Shown piece by piece: positions 35,242 through 44,651 of a stretch of DNA of 46,458 bases. A model generated the notes under the pieces. The model ran no database searches. It saw only the letters and a list, made by a program, of their open reading frames with translations, and was not told the origin of the DNA. Numbering within the stretch: the first letter of the stretch is position 1; each line of letters opens with the position of its first letter. Source of the stretch: Escherichia phage Phagiculus; sequence record OR896821.1, one strand, 5' to 3'. The translations under genes and the position numbers were made by a program.

Positions 35242-35892
35242 TTAGAACTGCTCGATTGATTGTGATTCTACCGCTTCACTCGTTGCGTTTGCAACCTTTT
35301 TAGCGACTTCCTTTGGTTTCGATGGGTTGAATCCGCTTGCGGATGCCATTTTAATCTCAGCTTGCTTATCAATAATCGCCTTCTCTACGATACCCCACGT
35401 TGCCGCGTCAGCTTGTGACTTACATGATTTGTAGATTTCAATTAGCTCTTCTCGTGTCTCGGCCTTCTCAACTTCTCGCTTCCAGTCTTTTACGCTCTTA
35501 ACTGCCAGGTTGCCGTCATCATCAGCTTGACTTAAACCAAGCGCCGCCGTGATCGCATATCTCCGAGCATAAGTTAATGAAGAACCCGTACCTTGACAAT
35601 CATTCTTGGCTAACGGAACAATAGTTAAGAAAGCCACCCACTCCGCAGTCTCTGCATGATAAATTTTAGTCTCAACCTTTATTTGATTTGTTGCTTCGGT
35701 TTCCAACATGCTCTGGAACATCACCAGTCCACTATCCTCAAGACCTGGCTCTACAGCCGCCAAAACGTCATCCAGAGTTGCGTATTTGTTCTTAAGGTGT
35801 GAGTTTTGCTTTGACTTTTCAGCCTTTGCAAACTTGCTTTTAGCTTCGAATAGTGCCTTTAAAACGTTTGTGTTTTTATCGCTAGTATTCAT
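35242..35892 (-). CDS. Erf-family single-strand annealing protein
   Basis: GSSLTYARRYAITAALGL motif typical of the ERF family. Confidence 0.7.
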   Translation of the reverse strand: MNTSDKNTNVLKALFEAKSKFAKAEKSKQNSHLKNKYATLDDVLAAVEPGLEDSGLVMFQSMLETEATNQIKVETKIYHAETAEWVAFLTIVPLAKNDCQGTGSSLTYARRYAITAALGLSQADDDGNLAVKSVKDWKREVEKAETREELIEIYKSCKSQADAATWGIVEKAIIDKQAEIKMASASGFNPSKPKEVAKKVANATSEAVESQSIEQF

Positions 35893-35921
35893 CTCTGTCT
35901 CTCTTTTTTGTCGATTAGGTA

Positions 35922-35964
35922 ACTATACACCATCGATTTAATCCTGTTTTAGCTATTCGTGCTA
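35922..35964 (-). promoter_or_regulatory. conserved promoter module
   Basis: tagctattcgtgcta (one mismatch); minus-strand TATAGT at 35927..35922; leader CCTAATCGACAAAAAAGAGAGA. Confidence 0.5.
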
Positions 35965-35966
35965 TA

Positions 35967-36440
35967 TCATTCGTGATTTTCATGAAATCCAAGCTCTAAC
36001 AGCTTATTCCTTCTTGATTCCGCAGCATCACTCAATGAGTTAAAGTACCCACAGTGGTAATACTTACCATTACACCTAACTGACGCTTTATATTTATTCA
36101 TCCTTTTGCAAAAAGTTACACCTTGAACTCCAGTTTTTGAGTTTTTGCCTATTGATTTATTTTTATTGTTATCAGAGCAAGTGACAAGTCTAAGGTTTTC
36201 AATTCTGTTATCTCCATTATCATGATTTATATGATCAACTTGCATTCCTTTCGGTATTGGTCCGTTAAACATCTCCCATACAACCCTGTGAACAAAGTAT
36301 ATCTTCTTATCAAGACCAACTCTCTTATATCCTGTCTTTTCTACCCTCCCAGCCTCCCATCCGACACATATAACTCTTGATGGCTTAACCTTCCAAAATA
36401 TTAAACCTTCACTGTAATCAAACCAATCATGCCAATTCAT
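35967..36440 (-). CDS. HNH homing endonuclease with AP2-like domain
   Basis: QVDHINHDNGDNRIENLRLVTCSDNNKNK; C-terminal ELGFHENH. Confidence 0.8.
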   Translation of the reverse strand: MNWHDWFDYSEGLIFWKVKPSRVICVGWEAGRVEKTGYKRVGLDKKIYFVHRVVWEMFNGPIPKGMQVDHINHDNGDNRIENLRLVTCSDNNKNKSIGKNSKTGVQGVTFCKRMNKYKASVRCNGKYYHCGYFNSLSDAAESRRNKLLELGFHENHE

Positions 36441-37386
36441 ATTTTTTCATCTCATATTCTGGTATCTGCAAATCCATCTCTGTTTCGCCAAATCCGTAAC
36501 CAGGCCAAATATCAAGTTTCTTGCATTGCTTGTACACAGAAAGCGCGCTCATATACTGCAATCTACCAACCTTTAATTGCTCCTTGGTTATCGTGTAGCA
36601 CATTGGCAAGAAAGGGCTTTTCTTCTCCTGGCAAAGAAGCTGTACAACAACTTTACGTTTTTCACCAAAGGCGCGAACAAACAAATCATGTTGAAGCGAC
36701 ATTTTTAGCAAGTAACCATGCTTGAATGCCAATCTCCCAAATCCAGACGGAGAAGCATCACTAGTCGTCTTGTAATCTCGGATGTAAACAACATCATCAA
36801 CAACATCAACATGGTCCAGTCGAACCTTTACGCCGCACTCGTTAATCTCACCGAAGATTGATAACTCTCTCTGAGCGGTCTTGCTGTTTACTATAGCGTT
36901 GTAAGCCGGAATGCCACATAACACGTCTCGCATCGCCTGTACAGTGTCAAAGTCTTTAGCTGATACAATCTCGCGCCCATTTGCTTTAGCCTCGCTAGAG
37001 CGCTGAATATCCCACCATACGTTAAGTGATTCCCCACTCAGAGCCAACATCTCCATCAACTCCGGGTAATCCTTACCAGATGTCCCAGCAATTCCCATAG
37101 ACTTCAATCGAGTTGCCAATGCTGCCTTGCTGGTAATAAGGTCTTCAAATTCTTCCTGTGATGGTTGGCGATAGTAAGTCGCATCAAATACAGAGTTCTC
37201 AAGAATAACCGTATGGGCTAATGTACCGAACTTTAAAGCCTTACTGCTATCATCATGCTCTGCAAACTTATACGCCGCTGGACAAGTTGAGAATATGTGA
37301 GCCAGGCCAGAGCCTGACACATGGTCAGACTCCTGATGGTAGGCTTCGTTGGTTAACTCATCGTTAGTGTAAACCTTGAAGCTCAT
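36427..37386 (-). CDS. PD-(D/E)XK-type exonuclease (recombination partner of Erf)
   Basis: VRLDHVD...IRDYKT D-(D/E)-x-K pattern; adjacent to erf and ssb. Confidence 0.6.
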   Translation of the reverse strand: MSFKVYTNDELTNEAYHQESDHVSGSGLAHIFSTCPAAYKFAEHDDSSKALKFGTLAHTVILENSVFDATYYRQPSQEEFEDLITSKAALATRLKSMGIAGTSGKDYPELMEMLALSGESLNVWWDIQRSSEAKANGREIVSAKDFDTVQAMRDVLCGIPAYNAIVNSKTAQRELSIFGEINECGVKVRLDHVDVVDDVVYIRDYKTTSDASPSGFGRLAFKHGYLLKMSLQHDLFVRAFGEKRKVVVQLLCQEKKSPFLPMCYTITKEQLKVGRLQYMSALSVYKQCKKLDIWPGYGFGETEMDLQIPEYEMKKYELA

Positions 37387-37390
37387 AATC

Positions 37391-37585
37391 TTATTCCTTA
37401 ACCTTAATAATCTTCATCACAGAACCGAGTTCCTCGTCTGTGACGTGCGCATACTCTATTGCCTCTTGCTTCGTTTCAAATCTTGCAGCTTCTGATTTAT
37501 TACTTGTGTAACCAGAGCCATCTACGCAGTAGTAGCAAGTGCCAAAAATAGGATTGTTTCGCTCTTGAATAATGAAGTATGCCAT
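37391..37585 (-). CDS. hypothetical protein (64 aa)
   Basis: ORF. Confidence 0.45.
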   Translation of the reverse strand: MAYFIIQERNNPIFGTCYYCVDGSGYTSNKSEAARFETKQEAIEYAHVTDEELGSVMKIIKVKE

Positions 37586-37661
37586 CTCTATATCTCTCTC
37601 TGCTTGTGTGAGTTAACTATGCCATCCGTTGCTAACTTTATCCAATCGGTTTTGCCTATTG

Positions 37662-37877
37662 TTAACTAACCTTTGGAGGATTTGGTGCTAGCATGTAATG
37701 AGTCACGTCATCAATCTCTTCACAACCAAGAGTAGTGAAGCACCTGTACTTTTTAAAAGTTTTAGGATCAACTAAGTAATTCCAATAAGCAGGCATCACG
37801 CCATAACTTCTTGAATTAACAATAATAAATACTTGGTCATCACTTGGCTTTTCGTCTTTAACATCAACCCATTTCAT
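37662..37877 (-). CDS. hypothetical protein (71 aa)
   Basis: ORF. Confidence 0.45.
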   Translation of the reverse strand: MKWVDVKDEKPSDDQVFIIVNSRSYGVMPAYWNYLVDPKTFKKYRCFTTLGCEEIDDVTHYMLAPNPPKVS

Positions 37878-37951
37878 AATTAATACCCATATATATTATT
37901 TAAATTAATTATATAATAATTTAATTTTTATTATCCAATCGGTTTTGCCTA

Positions 37952-38602
37952 TTAGTTCAGTTTCAAAATCTCGCTATTTTTATCAACCAGCTTATTAATT
38001 AACTCATCCTTATCAGCCAGCTTATGGCAAAGAGTCTCACACTGAGCCTGATATGAGTAAACCAACTCTTGCGAGTCAAAGTATCTACCTGATTCAAACT
38101 TCAATTCGTACATCTTTTTGTCAACCTCCTCGCCATCTGAAGCCTTGTCGATGTACTTATAGATAATCTTCTCAAGTTTATAAACTTCATCCTCAGCGCG
38201 GTTTCTAGCAGCAATCTCTTTCGTAGTCTGCATCTTCTCCTTTAGAACCAGGTCGTAAGAAACCATCTTAGCTACATGCTCTTTCAGTAACTTGTTTTCC
38301 CGCTCAAGCTGCTTAATCTTTTTAATCATGTTCATTCGCGCTTTCGCGCTGTACTTCGCAACAAGGCATAACGCGTGGTCCTTGTCGAGTAAAGCTACCT
38401 TGTGAGTCTGTCCTTTGTTGTTATATTCACGGTCCCGAAATTCGGGAGCGTGATTCTCTCCATAAAGATCAATGTACATTTCTTTTGCTGCATTAAAGAC
38501 ATGCTCATGCCTTTGACCAACAACTCCAGCAATATCAAAGGTGGTCATTGTAATTTCTTCATCAGTATTCATTAAGTTCATTGTTTGCTCTCTTATTGTC
38601 AC
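37952..38602 (-). CDS. Rha-like phage regulatory protein with coiled-coil C-terminus
   Basis: TTFDIAGVVGQRHEHVF ... KVALLDKDHALCLVAKYSAKAR pattern typical of the Rha family. Confidence 0.45.
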   Translation of the reverse strand: MTIREQTMNLMNTDEEITMTTFDIAGVVGQRHEHVFNAAKEMYIDLYGENHAPEFRDREYNNKGQTHKVALLDKDHALCLVAKYSAKARMNMIKKIKQLERENKLLKEHVAKMVSYDLVLKEKMQTTKEIAARNRAEDEVYKLEKIIYKYIDKASDGEEVDKKMYELKFESGRYFDSQELVYSYQAQCETLCHKLADKDELINKLVDKNSEILKLN

Positions 38603-38651
38603 TGCTCAAATCTGAGCAGACTGGCAAGCACTATTGCCGCCGCTGAGTTAA

Positions 38652-38693
38652 ATATACCCGTTCAGAAGCATCCTGTTTTGACTAATCGTGCTA
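38652..38693 (-). promoter_or_regulatory. degenerate conserved promoter module
   Basis: tgactaatcgtgcta (half-site degenerate); aaacag; GTATAT; leader contains hairpin CTGCTCA-AATC-TGAGCAG. Confidence 0.35.
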
Positions 38694-38869
38694 TTTTGTA
38701 TACCAGCGTAAAACTATCCAATTTACAGATTCCCCCACCTGCAACACCGCCATCACTTGATGTAACCGATGTATATAGAGTAAACAAGAAAAAATCACCC
38801 ACATCTATATCTATAGATAAATGCAGGTATGTATATGCTCGTAAAAATGAAGATTATACGCCCATCGCC

Positions 38870-39272
38870 TCATGAGCCCGCACCAACACTGGATGTAACT
38901 CATGTAAACGCTGTAACAGTAGTTTTTGCGCCCCTATCTATATATCCATATGCATTTGGCAACACCAGAAACAGAACTTAGTCATTTCAAAAAAACATAT
39001 CAACACAACCATAGAAGGTAGTTACACTATATACAAACAAATATAGTAATAATAATAATTACTCTAAACCCTTATTATATAAGGATTCTTTAGTGTAACT
39101 AATGCGTATCTGCGCGTAAAAAGCGTATACAATTTCCCGCGGGTCAGGATTGCATACATCGATTTACATAGGTTACGCGTATATCAAATAGCACGATTTG
39201 CTAAAGACTGACTGAAGCACCTTTGGTATAGTTACTCCATCGAAACGAAAAACACTTAATAAGGATTCAAAA
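38870..39272. repeat. AT-rich control region B, paralogous to 18670..19260
   Basis: same ordered sequence blocks as region A, ending in conserved promoter module. Confidence 0.6.
39189..39232 (+). promoter_or_regulatory. conserved promoter module
   Basis: tagcacgatttgcta, aagact, TATAGT at 39227..39232; leader TACTCCATCGAAACGAA identical to the one at 19222..19250. Confidence 0.6.
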
Positions 39273-39377
39273 ATGACTAACTTCGCAACCAACGTACTGG
39301 CTTTCACCTTCGGCGTGGCGACTACCAGCTTCTTCGTTTGGGTTCTTCTTCTGGCTAGCAACTTTAAAGGATTCTAA
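39273..39377 (+). CDS. small membrane peptide (34 aa, MTNFATNVLAFTFGVATTSFFVWVLLLASNFKGF), not in ORF track
   Basis: AAGGA RBS 8 nt before ATG; one TM helix; stop 1 nt before lipoprotein ATG. Confidence 0.4.
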   Translation: MTNFATNVLAFTFGVATTSFFVWVLLLASNFKGF

Positions 39378-39378
39378 T

Positions 39379-39600
39379 ATGAAAAAGTTAATCGTTATCG
39401 CGGCAATGATGTTAGGCGGATGCTCTACGATGCCAGAGCGCACTTGTACGGCGATTTATGAGTCTGGTGGTATGAGTTACTCGGTTTATGTTTTTGGCAC
39501 GCAGAAGCGCGGCGAGGAGATTTTACTGAGGGCTGGGTATCCATTCTCGTTTCATTACGTGTCTGAGCGGAATTTTAGAGACCACGATTGTGGCGGTTGA
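39379..39600 (+). CDS. small lipoprotein (Cor/Llp-like superinfection exclusion candidate)
   Basis: signal peptide with lipobox LGGC (MKKLIVIAAMMLGGCS); 73 aa; convergent with the tail tip gene cluster. Confidence 0.5.
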   Translation: MKKLIVIAAMMLGGCSTMPERTCTAIYESGGMSYSVYVFGTQKRGEEILLRAGYPFSFHYVSERNFRDHDCGG

Positions 39601-39604
39601 TAAA

Positions 39605-39628
39605 GAAAAAGCCCCGAAAGGGGCTTAG
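39605..39628. terminator. bidirectional terminator between convergent genes
   Basis: AAGCCCC-GAAA-GGGGCTT with flanking A-run. Confidence 0.6.
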
Positions 39629-40296
39629 TCGTATGCGGCGGTATATATTGCTGTAACTCTAGCACCGTTTGTCGTTCCACCAGAAGCCTGCGTGCCATTT
39701 ATCAATGGAACTGCATTTATCCTAGTCTGTGATCCATTGTATCTACAGGATATGCCAGCAGTAGCCGACCTTATTATCTGCTGACCATTCTGAACCTGAT
39801 AAACGTTAAGAGTGCCAAGAGCGGCTGGGCAAACAGCTACGCTTCCGCTGTAAGTTCTATCTATGTCTATACCTCGCCCATCAACGGTAAACAAATCGCT
39901 AAGAACCTTACTCTCATTAGTGAGGACTAATTTGCCTGCTGAATCCCATATAGCCATACCCCATTGCGGAAGTGATTGCGGAAATATAGCAAAAACATAA
40001 GCCGTCAAGCTAAAAGCCTGCCCTGCATAGTTTGTTCCACTAATGTAAATGGTTCCGGCATTAGCGCCTTCAGTAATGTTGTACGCTATAACTGCAACGC
40101 CTTGAGAAGGGCTGCTTGTCTTAATAAATACACTTACCGGATAAGTGGAATTGAAAGGCAGGTACTGAGTAACGCTATGTGCCGCCGAATTCCCAGATGA
40201 CTGGAATGTGTACTTCCCGTAGAGGCAGAATGGAGTTGAAGCTGGAGTTATGAATGGGTTTCCATTAACATCAATTATTGCACCATAATCAGCCAT
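39625..40296 (-). CDS. tail-associated protein (223 aa)
   Basis: downstream of J; N-terminus MADYGAIIDVNGN paralogous to neighbour. Confidence 0.45.
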   Translation of the reverse strand: MADYGAIIDVNGNPFITPASTPFCLYGKYTFQSSGNSAAHSVTQYLPFNSTYPVSVFIKTSSPSQGVAVIAYNITEGANAGTIYISGTNYAGQAFSLTAYVFAIFPQSLPQWGMAIWDSAGKLVLTNESKVLSDLFTVDGRGIDIDRTYSGSVAVCPAALGTLNVYQVQNGQQIIRSATAGISCRYNGSQTRINAVPLINGTQASGGTTNGARVTAIYTAAYD

Positions 40297-40601
40297 TAGT
40301 TCTTCTCCAGGTAGACTACCATTTTACACTTAGTCGCAGGATAGTAACCATCAGCCGCCGCATTACCTGGGGCTATCGTTATTGTGTTTCCGCTAGCGAC
40401 TATATATCTTCCGTTGTTAGGTCCTGATTCATCCAACGTTATAAAGTACCCAACTTTATACCCAGTTGGTATCTGGTATGAGTAACTACCTGATGTTTGA
40501 CCCGTGGCAAGATCTACAAACGCAACCACCGTCACAGGCTTAATCCCATAGTTATTGTAATTACCATTCGCGTCATATGTAGCAATGCCATACTCAGCCA
40601 T
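40296..40601 (-). CDS. tail-associated protein (101 aa)
   Basis: downstream of J; N-terminus MAEYGIATYDANGN. Confidence 0.45.
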   Translation of the reverse strand: MAEYGIATYDANGNYNNYGIKPVTVVAFVDLATGQTSGSYSYQIPTGYKVGYFITLDESGPNNGRYIVASGNTITIAPGNAAADGYYPATKCKMVVYLEKN

Positions 40602-40648
40602 AATTTACTCCTATTAAAAAAGGCAAATCCATTTGCCAATTATATCAA

Positions 40649-43600
40649 TTAGAAAGTACCAGTCAAACGACCAATCTGTACGCGAAGCCTTCCGTTTGCA
40701 TCAGCAACTGAAATGGTCTGGTTTGTCTGCTTCATCCTGCCTTCTCCAGCCGTAAATCCGTTGTTTTCGAAAGTTCCAGCTTTATCAAGCCTCCATCCAG
40801 TATTGTTTGCGACAAAGTTGTTAGACTGAATCGCGTTGCCAATCTTAGCGTTAGTGATTGAACCGTCCTGAATCACCGCGCTTTGGATGAATACCTGGTT
40901 GTTCTCGACAACGAAAGGCAGCGACCACTGACCGGAACCCTGGCTAATGCCGTTACTGATTGCAAATCTGTTAGCATCAAAGATGAACTGACTTCTAACA
41001 TTACCACCAGATCCAACAAGCTCCATACTCATGCCCGCGCCGTACTCCATTCCCTGATACTTAAGGCCAAGCTTAACACCATACTGAACACCAACACCTT
41101 CAGCCGTCGCGTAAGTATCTAGCTTCTCATTAAGAGCGGCTTCATTTTCCCCAAGCCTTGCGCTTAATGCCGTGTCAGCTGTAGCCCTTGCTTCAGTCTC
41201 TGTTGCCAGCGCTGTTTCGATGGTTGTAATCTGTCCTACAATCTCATCATCTATCTGCGCTTTAAGCTGCGTAAGGGCCTCTACACGAGCCTGTGTTTCA
41301 TCAGCTATCAGATTTACAGCCTGTCGATATTCCGCCTTCCTTGCGCCGTTTTCGCGTGTCATAATCCGAACATCAATATCGTTTGCCAGAGCGTTCTCAA
41401 TGATTGCCTCGGCCTGGTTTTGAATATCAGTGTTTGAATTAATGGCATTCTGAAGAAGGTATTTGTAACCATCAGAATCTTCAATATCAACCTTGATTTC
41501 ACCAATGATTGCAGTTACATCATCAGAAGCCATGCCTCTAACAAACTCAGTCCATTGAGAAACGTTGCCGATTCTGTCAATGGCCCTAGCCCTGTACCAT
41601 CTTACGTTGCCTGCCGGAAGAGTAGTGTGCCAGTACTCATACTGAGGGTATGGAACAAGGCTCAGTAATGAAGCATTCTCGGGAGAATAAGTACCGTCAC
41701 CATTATCAGGAACTTGCTGCAACTCAACATATGCAGTATCCGCACTGTTCTCGCCAAAGCCCCACTTAACTCTGATGCCAAATACCTCATCATCTGAAGC
41801 GGTTATTACAGCTAACGGTTCAGGCTCGCCAATCTTTCCAGTCAGAGAAACGGTTACGATTTCAGACCATGCGGAAACTGATTTCTGGTCAGTAACAGCT
41901 CGCACCCTAACGTCATAGATGCCAGCGTAGATGCCCTCAATATCAACCTCGGTGTTGGCAGTCTCCGGTACGTTAATCCAGTTACCGTTATTCTTACGCC
42001 ACTGCACGTTGTATGTTTTTGCATACTGCACTTTGTCGTAACCAATAACCATCGTTTCAACGCTTAATCCCTGAACAACCTTACTGTAGCTTGATACTCT
42101 TAGGTTCTCTGGTGGCAAGATTCTGTCAGGGTCAACGATACTTGTTGGTCTGTCATCGATGTTCACACCGTAGTCAATCTCATCGTACTTGTTCGGGTCA
42201 TACTGCACGGCGGTAATGTTGTATTGGAATGAATCATCTCCGTCAGTATTTGCTTTTTGAATCCCTGTCACCACATATTGCTGCAAAGCCAGATTCTGCT
42301 TATCAATTGCGAATACTGTGTCAGGCTGCGGATTGAAGCTAAACGCGGTGTTAAGTTCAATCGTTAACTTATCCTGAGATACAGAGGCAATAGTGCGGTA
42401 CTCTGGGCTTCCGTCCGGCTTGTTAATCAGAATCCTGTCGCCAGGTTCAGCATCAATCGCGAATGGAACGAAAACTTGCAAACCAGAAGCCTCAACGATA
42501 CGACCGGAAAGGTTTAGCGTGTAGTTGCTTGACCAAGCCTGGTCATTAACAGCAATAACATCACCAACCATTGGAATCATGCCTTCAAGACCAGTGGTGA
42601 AGCTGATTGTTTCGCTTCTCAGGTTCGTCTTCAGCAACCAGCGACCCCTACGGTTCGCTTCACTCCTTCGCGTACAGCCAATGGCAGAAAGGTCAACTGG
42701 ATTAAATCCAAATCTGCGCGTAGCCTCGAGCTCGAATACTGGCTCAATATCTTGCTGGTAGTTGTTCTGCTCATCATCAAACTGGACGTTAGCGGTAGTG
42801 TACAGGCTCTTGTCGCTTGAGAATGTGCGGCTAAACAATCCATCCACAACGTTATCGTTTGTGAATACGTAGCTCGGCTGACGCGGTTTATCAACAACAA
42901 TACCAATCTTCTCGCCATCATAAAAAGTAAGACCACGGAAGATTGAGCAAATATCACGAATAAGCTGATATGCCTCTACCTTCTGTTGGATAACTACGTC
43001 GCACAAGTAGCGAGGCTCCAAACCACCCTTACCGTCAGGAACCATCTGGTCACAGAATTGTGCGGCTTCATACAGCCCCCACTTATCAATCTCAACACCA
43101 AGCTCGCGCTGGTCAAGGCCGTATCGCTGACTAACCACCAGGTCATAAAGAACCCATGCCGGGTTATTTGACCACGCCATCTTGAAAGTTCCATCCCAAG
43201 TGCCGCTATACTGCCGCGTCTCTGGGTTGTAGTTTGTTGGAACTCTAATCAACTTCCATTTCTTCTTAATGGCGATAGTCGGGATGCCATTTGGGAATAG
43301 GTCAGAGCTAAACTCAACATAAACTAAAGCGGTTAGTGGATACCGGAATTTTGCATCAATTACTTCCTGGTAGGTTGTAATCTGCATACCGTTAACTAGT
43401 GTGCTACTCGTTGAGTCGGGAGTTATCTTACGAATGCGGACAAGAGCACTACTAAACTCGGCTGGTAAATTGACACGGATAGAGCGGTCATAACCCGTTG
43501 TAGTCTTACCGTTAGCCACGCCTCTAGTATATTGGGTGTACGCTCCGCCATTAACAGATAAATCAATTGCATACTCACACGTTGTGCCATTTAAATCTCC

Positions 43601-44005
43601 ATTACTTTCCTGCTTAACAAGACGAGGCCAGAATAACTTCACTCGAATCGCTGAAAGCTGATTGTTAGTTACTGAAATGATGTACGGGGTATCATTATTG
43701 ATTTCTCTGGATACCTGGAACTCAGATGATGCCCCATCAAGACCCGCAATGTAATTTTGCGATTGCGTGCCAGGGCGAAACTGAGCGCTTACACCTTCAT
43801 AGTTGAAAGAGTTATCCGCGTTCTGAACGGGAACATCTGCAAGGTACAAATCCTTAAGTGAGAAGCTAGAGTCAACCTCGCCATCGGCAACAGCAAGCAG
43901 AACCTTAATCTTGTTCAGTGAAATCAGGTTATCTTCTTGCTCAACTGGTGTGTGTGTCTTTTGACTACCACCCTTGCTTCCGTAAATCTTTGGCAAATCG
44001 GCCAT
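40649..44005 (-). CDS. tail tip / host specificity protein J-like (central tail fibre)
   Basis: about 1120 aa; N-terminal SKGGSQKTHTPVEQEDN resembles lambda J; fibronectin-like middle region; start among three close ATGs (44044/44035/44005). Confidence 0.85.
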   Translation of the reverse strand: MADLPKIYGSKGGSQKTHTPVEQEDNLISLNKIKVLLAVADGEVDSSFSLKDLYLADVPVQNADNSFNYEGVSAQFRPGTQSQNYIAGLDGASSEFQVSREINNDTPYIISVTNNQLSAIRVKLFWPRLVKQESNGDLNGTTCEYAIDLSVNGGAYTQYTRGVANGKTTTGYDRSIRVNLPAEFSSALVRIRKITPDSTSSTLVNGMQITTYQEVIDAKFRYPLTALVYVEFSSDLFPNGIPTIAIKKKWKLIRVPTNYNPETRQYSGTWDGTFKMAWSNNPAWVLYDLVVSQRYGLDQRELGVEIDKWGLYEAAQFCDQMVPDGKGGLEPRYLCDVVIQQKVEAYQLIRDICSIFRGLTFYDGEKIGIVVDKPRQPSYVFTNDNVVDGLFSRTFSSDKSLYTTANVQFDDEQNNYQQDIEPVFELEATRRFGFNPVDLSAIGCTRRSEANRRGRWLLKTNLRSETISFTTGLEGMIPMVGDVIAVNDQAWSSNYTLNLSGRIVEASGLQVFVPFAIDAEPGDRILINKPDGSPEYRTIASVSQDKLTIELNTAFSFNPQPDTVFAIDKQNLALQQYVVTGIQKANTDGDDSFQYNITAVQYDPNKYDEIDYGVNIDDRPTSIVDPDRILPPENLRVSSYSKVVQGLSVETMVIGYDKVQYAKTYNVQWRKNNGNWINVPETANTEVDIEGIYAGIYDVRVRAVTDQKSVSAWSEIVTVSLTGKIGEPEPLAVITASDDEVFGIRVKWGFGENSADTAYVELQQVPDNGDGTYSPENASLLSLVPYPQYEYWHTTLPAGNVRWYRARAIDRIGNVSQWTEFVRGMASDDVTAIIGEIKVDIEDSDGYKYLLQNAINSNTDIQNQAEAIIENALANDIDVRIMTRENGARKAEYRQAVNLIADETQARVEALTQLKAQIDDEIVGQITTIETALATETEARATADTALSARLGENEAALNEKLDTYATAEGVGVQYGVKLGLKYQGMEYGAGMSMELVGSGGNVRSQFIFDANRFAISNGISQGSGQWSLPFVVENNQVFIQSAVIQDGSITNAKIGNAIQSNNFVANNTGWRLDKAGTFENNGFTAGEGRMKQTNQTISVADANGRLRVQIGRLTGTF

Positions 44006-44053
44006 ATCATATAACCTCGTTATTTGTTTAACCATTTGTGACATTCTACACTA

Positions 44054-44077
44054 AATAAAAAACCCGCACTAGGCGGG
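44054..44077 (-). terminator. terminator-like hairpin between I and J genes
   Basis: minus strand ACCCGC-CTAGT-GCGGGT followed by TTTTTTATTT. Confidence 0.5.
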
Positions 44078-44084
44078 TTGTGAT

Positions 44085-44651
44085 TTAACTAATATCTTCA
44101 CTATAACTTCCTGCGCTAAACACTGAGCCGCCAACAGTCCTGTATCCATATGGCAGGCAAACCGGATAACCAGCTGCGACCGTGTTTACTGCGGATCCGA
44201 ATGCGTATGAAGCCCTGTTGCTTGTCTGCGATGCCTGTTGGTTAAGACCTGTGGCCTGCGGAGCTAAAAGCTGAGCCACCCCACCAGCCAGTAAACCCAC
44301 AGCAACCGGCAGAAGTACAGGGAAAAAGTAAGAGGCAACAAGAAGCACACCTCCGAGGATGGTCTGGAATAAACCGCCAGACTTACGACCTTGCGGCACA
44401 GGTATGATGCGAAGTTCATTAACCGCCTTGAAGTCCTTAACCTGGTGCTCGCTCAGGTTCTTTCCGTCTGCAAATACTGCAAATCTGGTATTCTGTCCAA
44501 CGTGGCTGCCCATAAACTCCTTAAATCCAGGAACCACAACGCACATTGCACGAATAGCTTCGTCAACAGAGTTAACAGCCAGCTCATGCATCTTTCCAAA
44601 TTTACGCCCAAGAGATAGGCCTAACTTAATCTTAATCTTTTTCTGGATCAT
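44085..44651 (-). CDS. tail assembly protein I-like
   Basis: position after K; hydrophobic Gly/Ala/Leu-rich C-terminal half. Confidence 0.6.
   Translation of the reverse strand: MIQKKIKIKLGLSLGRKFGKMHELAVNSVDEAIRAMCVVVPGFKEFMGSHVGQNTRFAVFADGKNLSEHQVKDFKAVNELRIIPVPQGRKSGGLFQTILGGVLLVASYFFPVLLPVAVGLLAGGVAQLLAPQATGLNQQASQTSNRASYAFGSAVNTVAAGYPVCLPYGYRTVGGSVFSAGSYSEDIS

Noticed and set aside
38585-38875. ORF 38585..38875 (+)
   Set aside because: Overlaps the promoter and leader of the Rha-like gene and the paralogous control region B; no RBS.
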